From NCBI RefSeq assembly GCF_009914755.1, contig NC_060938.1: a stretch of DNA of 64,000 nucleotides; one strand, 5' to 3'. Origin of the DNA: the human T2T-CHM13v2.0 reference genome, Homo sapiens. Both the position numbers and the translations under genes were made by a program. This document shows, in pieces, positions 28,001 through 41,936 of this stretch. The first letter of the stretch is position 1, and each line of letters starts with the position of its first letter. The notes beneath the pieces are model-generated. The model made no database searches, was not told the DNA's origin, and was given only the letters and a program-made list of their open reading frames with translations.

Positions 28001-29330
28001 ATGGTTGAAAAGAATGTCTATTCTAATTTTTCTTTGAAGAATTGAAAGAAAAATATATGGGTTCATTTGACTCTGCCTATTAGTTGTGTTGTTCAAATCT
28101 CTGTGTCTTTACAGATCTGTCTACTTGACATAACAGTAACTGAGAAAAGTTTACCAAGAAGATAAAACATTTATATTTAATAAAGTAGCCTCATTTGTAT
28201 GAAACAAAATCTATTGAATGTATTAAATTAAGTAAACAAATCTATCATCATGATGGGACATTTCAAAACACTTCCTGTCTCTGGCTAAAGGAAATCTTGC
28301 TGAATGGTTAGGCTTGAGGAATTTACTTTTGTGTAAATTTTCGAAGGTAGCTTTTGTCTTTTATTAAAGACAAAAAATGAAAAATAAAGAGAATATTTAA
28401 TGTCTGAATCTCCTTCTATGTAATTTAACTGTTCAGACTATTTTCAATAGTTTCAAATGGTTTTAGCTATGAAAAGACAAATTGTTTTTAAAGTTCAAAA
28501 CATTAAATTTTTATGTTTAGAAAGGATTTATGAGTCTCAAATTGTTGACACATTTTATTTTAGATTGTTATTTTGTCACTTGTAGCACATTTACATGCAA
28601 AGATGTAGATTATCTCCCAAAGGCCATAGGTGAATAGAAAGAAGTTAAGAGAGACATAGCTTTTGCCTATTAAAAAACCCAGAATTTGAAAGTTTAGGTT
28701 ACACCAGTGATAATAATGAGTGTAAATTAAAAGATGGTCAGGAACTTGACAAAATGATAGTTGATTAGATGGCTTGGTATTTCCTACATAGATTGCTTCA
28801 ATAGATAACTTTTAGCTGAAAGAATTCATTTTACTTCTAATAACAGTTAAAATTTACAGAACAGGGCAATGCAACCCCCCAAAAAAATACCATTTCAGAA
28901 TTCTGTGTGTGTGTGTGAGAATAGTTTTGCTGCTCCAATTTAAAATATCCTATTGTTTGATTCTAGTTTTGTCATTAATACCCAATGTAATTTTCGTAAG
29001 CATATTCTCCAAAAGGTTTTAATTTCGACAGAGTTTCTGTTACAATGTGCATTTCCAATCTTTGGCAGAGGGCAGGTCATAGTCAGAGGGGAGACTTGGC
29101 CTGTCCTCAATGAACTTTTCAGATTCTCTGTTGATATGGTTTATGTTAGAGTAGGAAACAAGCAAATTTGGGTACTTTACAAAACTCTTGGCATATATCC
29201 TTCCACCGTGTGGAAAAACATGAGATTTCATTTACAGAAAGCTCTTCAGACCATATACTGCCGCCTCAGGCATAAATACAGTCAATGTGAATTCTTCACA
29301 GTTGGTCATATCCTGAACCATACTCGATAA

Positions 29331-29695
<365 letters not shown>

Positions 29696-29794
29696 TGTGC
29701 TATTTCTTATGTTGTCTTCCTTCAAATTATCTATTGACAATAAAACTAATCTCAGCTTCCTAATGTATTCTGCCAAGCCAAGAATGTGTTTATG

Positions 29795-29912
29795 CAATCA
29801 TTCATTCAACAAATTGTATTGTGAACACCTAATGTGTGTCAGGGACTCTGTTGGGTACCGGAGATACATCCAGTGCAAGACAGTCACTATTCCTTCTGTC
29901 ATAGAGTTCTTT
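29795..29912 (-). mobile_element. L2 3' end
   Basis: cattcattcaacaaat..attgtgaacacctaatgtgtgtcagggactctg. Confidence 0.75.
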
Positions 29913-30524
29913 GAGTAAGTTTTACTTCCTTTGAGAGTCCGTGGCGGGTGGGGGCGGGGAAGAAAATTCTTTGACTTTCATATTCATCCTTCAGATGCTT
30001 GATATTTTCCTTTTGTAGGATAAAGAATGACCCTGAAAATGTTATGGGGATGATTTTATTTTGTTCATGGCCCAGAGGTACCTCAAAGAAAGGGTTTAAT
30101 TACAGATCCATTTCTATTGCTGGACACAAATTTTAGCTGGTGGGGTCTAATTCCAACTCACCTGGCAAGTTGAGAGTGGGTTCTTACTTGACAAGTGCAT
30201 AAAAATGACCAAGCTAGTGAATGATCCTCAAGGAACTCCCCCCTCAAATGAATGGAGTTCTTAGGCTTCTTTTTCCAACAGTCCCAGCAGACAAAAGTAA
30301 GAGACTAGCATTCTTGCATACTCTTGTGCTCCTAACACTGGAATACAAAGCCACCAAGGATGGCTGGGTCATGACAGAGATACATAAAGAAAGCCACATT
30401 GTAAACATCAGGCTATTTCCTGAACAGTTTCATTGAGTAGTAAATAATTTACATATTTATTGTTATATCAAAGCAAATAGGGTTATATAATCAAGTAAAT
30501 GAAAATTTCACATGAATTTTAAGA

Positions 30525-31149
30525 TAATGATAATTGTTAATACTTAAAAAATAGTTCCTAGGTGCTAGACACCATGTTATATACTTCACATGGGTTAAGT
30601 CATGTTAGTGCTCTGCTATGGTTTGGCTGTGTCCCCACCCAAAATCTCAACTTGAATTATAATCCCCGTAATCCCTATGTGGCAAGGGAGAGACCAGGTG
30701 GAGGTATTTGAATCACAGGGAAAGTTTCCCCCATCCTGTTCTCGTGATAGGGAGTGAGTTCTCCCAAAATCTGGTGGTTTTATAAGGTAGTTTTCCCTGC
30801 TCTCTCTTGCGCTTTTCTCCTTCCTAGTGCCATGTGAGGAAGGTGCCTTGCTTCCTCTTTGCCTTCCACTGTGGTTGTAAGTTTCCTAGGGATCCCCTGC
30901 CATGCTGAACTGTGAGTCAATTAAACCTCTTTCCCTTACAAATTACCCAATCTTGGGCAGTTCTTATAGCAGTGTGAAAACAGACTAATACATTATCCTA
31001 ATAATGAGGTAGGTACATTTTACAGAAAGGAGACTAAGACAGGTAAATGTCAACAAAATTGCTCAAAGTGATAATGTGGTAAATGCTGGGGCCAGAATTT
31101 AAAGCCAGGCAATCTGATTCAGAACCTATGTTCTTAACCACTGTGTTAT
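30525..31149 (-). mobile_element. MIR SINE split by a THE1 LTR
   Basis: gtgctagacaccatgt before the LTR; tgaggtaggtacattttacaga and ccaggcaatctgattcagaacctatgttcttaaccactg after it. Confidence 0.75.
30614..30992 (+). mobile_element. ERVL-MaLR solo LTR, THE1C/D-like
   Basis: tgctatggtttggctgtgtccccaccc...aactgtgagtcaattaaacctctt...cagactaataca. Confidence 0.93.
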
Positions 31150-32644
31150 GTAATTAAATATGCAACTTTAAGGAAATGGCTGATGGCTGAAGGTCAGTGT
31201 TACTATTTGCTTTTTTTTTTCTATCAAAAAGAGACATAGCAGATGAATCAAATTGTGCTTTACATGATCCTGCTACCACTGCTTTCTGTTTTATTCTCAA
31301 CCCAGAACTCAATAGCCGTACAAGAATCAGTCACTATCCCAATCCCAACCCATCTTTCACTAGCTTCTGGTACAAAACTTCAGGGCATGACTCTTCATGA
31401 CATCATTTCTCACATAAAGAAATGACAGTTCCTGTCTTGCCTGTTGTTGCTCAACTTAAATCCAAAACCCTTTCACCTGTCCTTTCCCCAGTCTCTTCTA
31501 ATCAGGCAGTTTGTCACTCAGCAATGCCATCACTTTGCTCTTGCCAGGCAAAACTCTTCTCCTGCTCTTGCCTCATCCTGTGAACTTTTGACTTTCTGTG
31601 AGCTCACTCCAATTTTAACAGATTGACATTTTTTCTATCCTAACCAAGTACATCTAAGAAAATGAACGTGGCAAAATCTTACTTGGTGATCTTGGGAAAA
31701 TATAGAACTTTTTTTCAAGACTGATCTTCCCTTCAAAGCCAAACTGTTTTCCATGGAGGGAGATCCCATTTCAAAATGTGTTTGAACCAGTTTAGCTCAT
31801 CTCAGTTTGAAACTGTAATTTATCTTGGGAGATAGGCATGAATGGTAGACCCTAGTGAAAATGTAAAGGTTTTCATAACCACCGGATCAATAGAAAATGC
31901 ATTTATGAAGGTTTGGATTTGTTTTCAGAAGCTGAGAAAGGCGAAAACCCTGATTTACGAACTAAGGATTAAGGTGAGTTATGGGCAGTAGGCGAGACAA
32001 TGTTGGGCTTTTTTTTTTTTCTTTTTCTGCAAAATGAGTCATCTCCAAAGCCAAAACAAAGAGAATCCTTTCACTAAGTTCAAAGCGAAGAGTTGCACTT
32101 GAGTTAAAAGACTTAAGTTATTTCATATTCTTTCTAATTTTATCACACAATATTTCGATTTTCAATGTGAGATTAGAACCATGGATAATGTGGGTTGCAG
32201 TGCTCCCGAGTGATACATAAATTACAGGTAATTTCATGAAGATTGGAAGGAAGCTATTGTGTGAATGAGAGAGGATAGAGATATTATTACCAAAACCTTA
32301 AGAAAATCGATTAAGGAAAAGAATTTTCTTGCAGAAGGGGAGATAATATTTAATAATTGCAATATTTGCTTCTTAGGGTTTTAAAATTCTTAACATAAAT
32401 AGATATAGCAATTATTATGCCAAAAAAGCCCTCCAGTTAGTCAACTATAAGCGTACTCTGTCGTTTTTGACATGCAGTTGCTGTGAAAATATTAGGAACA
32501 TATATCCAGCAAAACCAACTACAACTCATCAGTGGCTTGGGTTTCTAAATATGAAATGGAAATGAAAATAGTTCCTGATACATAGTATATTAGAATCTGA
32601 TTATGTCATGTTAGTAAGAAGATAGGATTAAGAAGAGCCCTTCC

Positions 32645-33049
<405 letters not shown>

Positions 33050-33552
33050 TCACTTCAAAAAGCATTTCCCTAGTCTATAGAAAATTTCTGAGACCCAGTC
33101 CATCTAATCAGTAGGAGCACATGTATACTGTGTAATCAATATTTATGCAAAGTGAAACAAAGCTATACAATTCTGGAAAACGACCATCCATTAGACCTTT
33201 GTCTAGTACCTAAGAAAGCCATCCTCTGGCTCCCCAACTAGTGTCTCGCACCATTTATAATATGCCATCACATTTTACTGTGAAGTTGACAGTAAAGGTG
33301 ATATATTGTTGATGTGCTGCCTCACAAAGCGTGCAATATTCATGGAAAGGAGATAGTGTTTTTCTCAGGTTATAGGTGGAGCGTACAAATATACTCGGTC
33401 CCTGCCAGGGTTATTAATATTTTCTCTGATTATGGTTTCTATAGCAGATTGCCAAAATATTGTTCTACACTGTTTACACTGTGATTGAATGTGATTCATC
33501 TAAGAGGAGAAAGAAGGACAGGCTTGGGCATCAGAACACCAGCAGGCAACTT

Positions 33553-33745
33553 GGTATAAGATGTGAAAAGAATGCAGGATTTGGAGTGCTTGGCTCTGGT
33601 TTGTATTGGTTCATAGCTTCCGTAGAGAAAGTTACTTGTTAGACCTCAGTCTTTCTGTTGTTACAATTAGGAAAATGAGAATCATCACTTCTTTAATTCT
33701 TAAAAGTTTTTGTAAGGACATAAGACTATAATCTGTGGTACACAC
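33553..33745 (+). mobile_element. MIR SINE
   Basis: gaaaagaatgcaggatttggag, aagttactt, cctcagtctttct. Confidence 0.55.
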
Positions 33746-33843
33746 TGTATGTGTATTTGGTTTCTTATTTTTACTTGTCAGAGTGACACAAAATGAGAAT
33801 ATTTTGTATGGCTCTTTTTGTTCCTCAAATTACATCCAAGTAA

Positions 33844-34247
<404 letters not shown>

Positions 34248-34335
34248 CCAGAGCTATCTTTTATTTTTCCACTTCTGCTAACTTTACTCTCCTCATTCTC
34301 TTCTTTGGTCTCTATTTCTGTTTGATGTAGCCATA

Positions 34336-35496
34336 CAGTAGCGTCACCACACGCAAGTCTGGCTGCTCCACTCAGAGGCTGAAAACACGAGAAGCGGGGT
34401 GTGATGAACAGAGAGCTACTTTATTCAAATGCCAAGATCTGGGAATGGCCAAGCTCATGCCCTTAAAAGACGATTTCAAACTTTCGACTGTGGAGAGGTG
34501 TTTATAAAGGGGAACTTAGAGTGGGAGGCATGCAGGAGTGGTGCTGGGTGCTAGGTGTCCGTGCCTTGGTCTGGTGGCTATCTTGAGTCATGGTCCACCT
34601 GGAACGCAGTCTAATGTTATCTTGACGATGGCTGGGTTGTAGACTAACAACCTGGAGGTCATTTCTGGAATTTTGCAGCTTGGTCTCCATGCCTGGTTCA
34701 TCTCAATATTAGTCCCTGGAATTTCTAAGCAAACACATAATTAGATAAGCCAGCAGTGCAAGGGAGTGTCTGTTGGAAAGGTAGGGAAACGAAGCTTTAA
34801 ACTGTGTTCCAAGGCTAAAAGTAAGAAAGGAAAAAGAAAAATTTCAAAATGCATTTTGAAGCCAAGCTATTGGTTACAGTAGTTCGCTTTTATCCACAGG
34901 GAATACATTCCAAGATTCCCAGTGGATACCTGAAACCTCGGATACTATAATACCAAACTCTATGTAATACCATATTTTTTTCCTATACACACATACCAAT
35001 GATTAAGTTTAATTTATAAATTAGGCAAAGTAGGAGATTAGCAACAATAATCATAAAATAGAACAATTGTAATGATATACTGAAATAAACCTTATGTGAA
35101 TGTGGTTCTCTCAAAATGGGTTACACTGTACTCAGCCTTCTTCTTTTGATGATGTGAGATGATACAATGCCTATATGAGGAGACAAAGTGAGGTGAATGA
35201 TGTAAGCATTGTGAGGAAAGTGAGAAATGTCAAAAACAAACAACTCCTCAGTTTAGAAAGTGTGCCATTCTGAGCAGCATGATGAAATCTCATGCCGTCC
35301 TGCTCCATCCTGCCTGGATTGTCCTTAGTCTCTCAGCGATCTTGGTGATCAGATAAACTTTTACAGTACCATGGTGCTTGTTTTACTTAATAATGGCCCC
35401 AAAACACAAGAGTAGTGATGTAATACTTCTGGATCTCCACTGAATGCAGATAACAGAAACCTTAGAAAGCAGACTGTAAGTAAGGGAGGACCACTG
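34336..35496 (-). mobile_element. Tigger7-derived MER44B/C-type element with nested LTR and internal inversion
   Basis: TIRs CAGTAG..ttatcc and taagggaggaccactg; reverse complement of the MER44 3' block (aatttataaattaggca, ttatgtgaatgtggt); transposase start aatggccccaaaacacaag. Confidence 0.85.
34342..34878 (-). mobile_element. ERV1-class solo LTR (MER4-group-like; family not assigned)
   Basis: Minus strand starts TGTAACC, AATAAA at ~34410-34415 (-), 4-bp TSD GTAG at 34338-41 and 34879-82. Confidence 0.8.
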
Positions 35497-38099
35497 TGTT
35501 GTTTTCAATTTAACAAAATTCCCCTGTAAAACATAGCAACATGATTTAAACACATGAAAATTATGAAGGTAGTACATTGGTCTCACCAAGAAGTGTTTAT
35601 CCTAGTTCAAAATGAGAGCCACTGTTCCTCCCTCCTTGGTCCTGGCAGCCCTCTTTCTTTGCAAAATGAAATCTTAGCACTCTAAGAGCTGAATTTTTGC
35701 CTGGTGTTCAGCTGTTGAATTATAACGTCTATGTAATGTTTCTCCAATCCTGTGTTCTTCTATAGGAGTTAAGTGACATCTGTTTGATGTCTCTTTCAAT
35801 CTGTTTTGGTTGAGGTAACTATCTTCCCTGATTAAGGAAATGAAAGATGAGACTGAAACAAGCTATAAACTGCCAAAGTACTTAATGCTGTGTCTACACT
35901 AATTATATACATGTAATATCAGACACTTTGCATGAAAGGATGCCTGCAGTCCCAGTGTGATCTACCTCATATGGAAATGAAGATGTGTTCAAAGCCAGGG
36001 TGCTCCACGGAATGGTTCTTTTGTTCATCTGAATTGTCAAACTTTCCATTTAAAACATTAAGTCTATTTGATGCTTCTCTCTTATTAAAACTAGCTCCTG
36101 TTTTCAGTAAATAACTTGTTACTGATGATGTTAGTCTTTGAATGCTCAGAATCCAGGCAAAAATCCTCCAGAGAATCCAAGGTCAATATTGATGTGTCCA
36201 AATAGCATGTTCTGCTGTTCCAAAGCAAATAAGATCTGAGACCCTTGGGACTATCACAGTGTTGTATTTAAACTGTAAAGTATGTAGGTACAACCTATGA
36301 ACAGCATCAGCAAAACTAAACATAAAATCCCAATTTGACAATGAATAGATGTGCTGAGTTTTATATTACACTGAATATTGAGAATTACTCTTGTAATGCA
36401 CTATTGGCTTCAAGGTTTATTTTTCTTAAAGTGTGTATTTAAGATCACAGTTATGTAAGCAGAGGCAGTGCTCTTACTGGCTGATCAGCCAGCCTCTGTA
36501 TGTTGTTAATCAGTCTTTAAAAATCAGTGTTGAAACATATACATGCATAAATCACATTTGATCAAAGCACAACAATTAGTACTGAGCCACATGGCTGGGG
36601 ACTAAAAAAACAGTATGAACTAGAAAATTCAGGCATCCTGGTCAAAAGAAACTAAACACTCTTACACTTACAAATCTTTTTGCTTAAAATTTATTATGTC
36701 TTGCTAATAATGGAATCTAACCTCATAGCCCAATTAAAAATAACAGTATGATAACAGTCCTTTACTTTTTATACAATGTTTTGTACACCTCAGTTTAATG
36801 ATATTCAAAAATAGTGTTAAGAGCAGAATCTTGCTATAAACAAAATACAATGCAAAGAGAAGGCCCATCTATTTTATTAATATAACAAATTAAGCTAGAG
36901 ATATTATGGTGGAGGTGAGACATTTGAGGCAAGGGCATAGTAACACATAGCCTCTATAGTCTACAAGAGATCTGAAAGACCCTTCTTTCTTGGGAATCCT
37001 TAAGACTCTGTCCAGCATAATTTTAAAATCACTGCATTTGATTTATCTTCATAACTGCCTCAAGAGCATGTGTTGTCTCAGAGAAAGCTAAGCCTGAGTG
37101 ATGTATGGAAATTTGCCCTACTTCTTCTGCCAGAAATACTGAGTTTTCCAAATCCAATGTGTATGCCTTTTTTTAAAACACAACTTTTATCTACAAGAGA
37201 ACATAGCAGATACATGCTAATAAAATAGAGATTACTATAGGAGAGAGTGAATATAGATGACTGTTGAGTGGCCAAACATAATTAATTTGGTGTAATGATT
37301 ACAGGAATACCTATTCGGACCTGAGAAATAGCATTTGGACCTGAGAAATGCTGACAATCAAGATCCTATCAGTAAACCTGTAAGATAACAGCCTTCTATG
37401 AATCATTTAAATTAGAGAAAGGTGATTTTTCTGAATTTAAAAATGTTGAGGTATAAATAAATATAAACATTTTCTAACTTAAGAGTGTGATCTCCATGTG
37501 CGTATTCTGGTCCGTTTCACTGGTTTTGTGCTCAATGTGGACTTTTCTGTTTGTTGCTGGCAAATCTACCCTTTATTGACTATTCATGTACCTATATAGC
37601 TTTTAGTTAATAGCATTTTAAGGCCATCTCTTTGTGAGAAGAAAAAAAATCAGTGTCTTTAATCATTCACACACTTCTATGGAAAATTCAGTGTAAGGGG
37701 GAGGATTTTAAACTTTCTTTCTGTATCCCCCTCAACCCCTTTTTTTTATTTTTTATTTTTTACCAGAGTAGTATCTTGGCTCGAAGAGGAAAAGAAAATG
37801 TCAACCTGTTTGGGAAAAAGAAAACCTAAAGACTCAGTTATACGCATGATTTAAGGACCTTGAAATCCTGTGTAGAGGGAAAAAGGTTGAATCTAGAACT
37901 CTTGATACTTTAATTTTGTCTTGCAGGTGCTTTATAGCAACAACCACCTGTGATGTCGTGGGCATAACTAGTTGGAATATTTACAGTTATTTCAACTCTT
38001 TGGTTGTAAAGTTGTTGCTAAGTACCAAAAAGTTATATGTAGGTTACTTCTTGTGCAAAATTAAGTTGGTAAAACTTTATTTAGTGGGTTAGAATAAAT

Positions 38100-38230
38100 G
38101 AAATTATTCAACACATATTTATAAAAACCCTATCGCACACAGGCACTCTGCCAGTTGTTTGAGGAACAAGAGAGAAGATCTTGCTCCCCCAAGATCCATA
38201 GCCTAGTGAGTGGGAACAGATACCCCAACA
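38100..38230 (-). mobile_element. L2 3' end
   Basis: attcaacacatattta..aggcactctgc..ccatagcctagtg. Confidence 0.6.
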
Positions 38231-39105
38231 CAATAAATATTAAAAATTATAACTGAAAAATGTTTAAAAACTGATTATCTATCATCCCATGGGGTTTGTT
38301 GTTGCTGTTTGTTTGTTTGTTTGTGTCTTACTCCAAGCAGATTGCCAAGCAGAAGGGGCACATGTTTCTAGGAGCCTGGGAGAAGAAGCAACTCTCTGCC
38401 TCATAATCACATGCTCATGAAGAACCCCTAGCAGTGATCAGACCTGAGAAGAGAAAAACTGTGTGATACCTGCGGGGAGGTTGAGCCCTAATTTCTCCGA
38501 ATTTTTCCATGCTTTTACTGTGGTAAAGAAGACACAGCCCTTACTATGATAAAGGGACACATGAGGCTGGGAAAAGGAGGTCACATGACGTGAGGAATCT
38601 CCCCAATCCTCTATGCTAGCTATTACCCCAGGAACTGTCCAGAGCCCTTGTACAGGAAACTCCAAATATGATTGGGGTGAAATTTCTTCTCATGATGCAG
38701 GCAGGATAGATGTTTATGGTCAGAATTAAATTCACATAGAGGAAAGCAAATGTGGTGTATCTTTGACACCTGAAACTGAAATGCATATCTATAAAACAGA
38801 AACTATTTTTATTGTAAGCCCTATGGAAAAAAAAGAAATTCAAGAAATTTAAATAAGCTGATTAAGGAAGGGTCTCTGTGTGGATGGTGATTTACCTGAG
38901 AAACAGGTTCATGAAGAGTTGTGTAGAGAACACCATTCAGGCAAATATCAGATTTACAGGGCAAAGCTCATCACTTCTCCACCCATGTAGTGTTTTGTTT
39001 CACACAAGTGGTGTGACAGCATCACTTAGCCAGGCATTGCCATTTCTGTATGATGAAAGTAACACCTTTGTTCTGGATGCACAGGACCCTTAAGGACTTG
39101 CTTTC

Positions 39106-41055
39106 TGTAAAAGTTAATTTTACGTGTCAACTTGACTGGGTTATTGGACACCCAGATAGCTGGTAAAACATTGTTTCTGGGTGTGTCTGTGAGGGCATTT
39201 CTGGAAGAGATTAGCATTTGAATCAGGAGACTAAGCAAAGAAGATCTGCCCTTACCAATGTAGGCATCATTCACTTCATTTGGGGGTTCTATATAATAAA
39301 AGACAGAGAAAGGGTGAATTCCTTCTCCCTTCTGGAGCAGGGCTATTTCTTTTTCTGCTCTTGGATGTCAAAGCTCCAGGTTCTTGGGCCTTTAGACTTT
39401 GGGACTTATACCAGTGGCCACAGTGATTATCAGGTCTTTGGTCTCAGGCTGAGAACTACATCATTGATTTCTCTGGTTCACAGGCCTTCAAATTATTAAT
39501 TACTCCACCAGCATTTCTGGGTCTCCAGCTTGCAGGCTGCAAATGGTGAGGCTTCTTGGCATCCATAGTCAAGTGAGCCAATTCCCATAAGAAATCCCCT
39601 TTTATGCTTCAAATTATACTACAAGGCTATAGTTACCAAAACAGCATGGTACTGTATAAAAATAGGCACATGGATCAATGGAACAGAATAGAGAACCCAG
39701 AAATAAAACCAAATACAAAGCATACAAAAACATCAAATGGGGAAAGAACACTATTCAATAATTCGTGCTGGGAAAACTGGCAAGCCACATGTGGAAGAAT
39801 GAAACTGGATTCTCATCTCTCACCTTATACAAAAATCAACACAAGATAGATCAAAGACTTTAAGACCTGAAACCATAAAAATTCTAGATGCTAACATGAG
39901 AAAATGTCTTGTAGACATTGGCTTAGGCAAAGAATTCATGACTCAGAACCCAAAAGCAACTGCAACAAAAACAAAAATAAATAAATGGAACCTAATTAAA
40001 CTAAAAAGCTTCTGCACAACAAAATAAATAATCAGCAGAGTAAACGGACTACCCACAGAGTGGGAGAAAATACTTGCAAACTATGCATCCAACAAAGGAC
40101 TAATATACAGAATCTGTAAGAAACTCAAACAAATCAGTAAGAAAAAAACAAATAATCCCATTAAAAAGTGGACAAAGGACATGAATAGACAATTTTCAAA
40201 AGAAGATATACAAACAGCCATTAAACTTATGAAAAAATGCTCAATATCACTAATTATCAGGGAAATACAAGTTAAAATCACACTGAGATACCACCTTACT
40301 CCTTCAAGAATGGCCATAATTTAAAAAATCCAAAAATAATAGACATTGATGTGGATGTGGTAAAAAGGGAACACTTTTACACTGCTGGCGGGAATGTAAA
40401 CTAGTACAACCACTGCAGAATACAGTATGGAGATTGCTTAATGACCTAAAAGCAGAATTATCATTCAATCCAGCAATCCCACTACTGGGTATCTACCCAA
40501 AGGAAAAGAAGTCATTATCTGAAAAAGACACTTGCACACGCTTGTTTACAGCAGCACAATTCACAATCGCAAAAATATGGAACCAACCTAAATGCTCTTC
40601 AACCAATGGGTAGATAAAGAAAATGTGGTATATATACACCATGGAATACTACTCAGACATAAAATGGAACAAAATAATGGTCTTTGCAGCAACTTGGATG
40701 GAGCTGGAGATCATTATTCTAAGTAAAATAACTCAGGAATGGAAAACAAAATATTGTATGTTCTCACTTATAAGTGAGAGCTAAGCTGTGAAGATAAAAA
40801 GGCATAAGAATGATATAATGCACTTTGGGGACTCAAGGGGTAAGGGAGAGAGGGGAGGGATAAATGACTACATATTGGGTACAGTGTACACTGCTCGGTG
40901 ATGGGTGCACCAAAATCTCAGAAATCACCACTAAATGACTTATCCATGTAACCAAAAATCACCTGTACCCTGAACACTATTGAAAGTTTTTTTTAAAATC
41001 CCTTTTATATGTCTATCTCATTCACTCTGCCTCTCTGGAGAAGCCTGAGAGACGT
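39106..41055 (+). mobile_element. ERVL solo LTR, MLT2B/C-like, interrupted near its 3' end by L1PB
   Basis: gttaattttacgtgtcaacttgactggg, ctgggtgtgtctgtgaggg, gagattagcatttgaatc; 3' remnant ctctctggagaagcctga after the L1. Confidence 0.88.
39606..40995 (+). mobile_element. 5'-truncated LINE-1, L1PB3/4-like
   Basis: ORF2 end (tactacaaggctatagttaccaaaacagcatggtac, tggaacagaatagagaaccc) and L1PB 3' UTR (gggtgcaccaaaatctcagaaatcaccactaaa); TSD aaatccc(c)ttttat. Confidence 0.93.
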
Positions 41056-41099
41056 AACCCCCCTGCCCCCCCATCTGCCTGTCTATGCTTGTGTATAAC

Positions 41100-41480
41100 C
41101 ACCCCTCACACTCTGCATCCCATTCGCACTGAGATACTGCTGGGTCCTCAAACACACCATGCTCTTTCCTATTCCAAGCCTTTGCATGCCGAGATTCTCT
41201 CAACTTCAGATACTCTGTGAAATTCTCACACATTCTTCAAGATTGAAAAAGGTCAGCTCCTCTTTAAAGAGTGCCTTGAACTCTCCAAGGTAAACTGTGA
41301 AAACTCTACTACCCCATTGTAGGATGGGACCCATCTTCAAAACCATCTATAATAACAGCATTGATTTGTCTAGATATCTCTATTCTCCTACACCTCATAA
41401 AGCGTTTGGGAGAAAGGACGCTTTTGTATTAACAGAACCTAGCCTGTAGCCTGGCACTTCTGAAAGTGATTAAATTTAAT
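41100..41480 (+). mobile_element. L2 fragment
   Basis: tcctcaaacacaccatgctctttcct..gcctttgcatg, cattcttcaaga, cctagc..gcctggcac. Confidence 0.7.
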
Positions 41481-41790
41481 TGTATCTATTCTTAAGAAAG
41501 TCAGGAATAATGCTCACAACCCACAGATTCCCTTGACTCTACTCAACTTCTCATAAATGACTCAACTTTGTAGCACTATGAGCCTACTTCTGAGCCCAGG
41601 ATGGATATTCATTCAACTTTCTCATTGCCTTAAAAACAAGAGATGCTGTCTCCCCTCACAGTTTCTAGAGTTAGACACCTTCTGTTTTTTATGATTGTTG
41701 CAAAGACTGAAATTCTCTTCTTCCTCTTCCTTAGTATGATCCAACCACACCTCCTTTGATATCTCAGTATGTGCTGCACCTTGTAAGGAG

Positions 41791-41936
41791 CAGCTGGAAT
41801 GCTGGAGCCTGCTCACATGGGCCAGTCGTGCACATCTCATCCCACCTCCACATTCACTGACACTACGTTAGTAATTTGAAGTCGGCTGCAGTGAGGGGTT
41901 ATAACACCATGGAAATGAGCACATGCTACAAGTCAG
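41791..41936 (+). mobile_element. hAT-Blackjack MER63 fragment
   Basis: tgctggagcc.gctc, tgcacatctc, acaccatggaaat, gctacaagtcag. Confidence 0.75.

Larger units (their letters stand above)
22800..28150 (-). mobile_element. Mosaic of old, highly diverged LINE-1 fragments (L1M/L1ME-type)
   Basis: T-rich tracts with L1 remnants (ccacttctaccagca, tgtatctggcttcttt, gtatagtattctactgtatgaatg, tttttagccattctgatgg, ttgaaaagaatgtctattct); internal boundaries not resolved. Confidence 0.7.

Noticed and set aside
28953-29330. 125-aa (+) and 63-aa (-) ORFs in unique sequence
   Set aside because: No recognisable protein similarity or convincing splice sites
37313-37352. 20-bp tandem duplication (att(c/t)ggacctgagaaat); similar small ones at ~6933-6958, ~53058-53086 and ~63888-63915
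   Set aside because: Ordinary slippage duplications with no further structure
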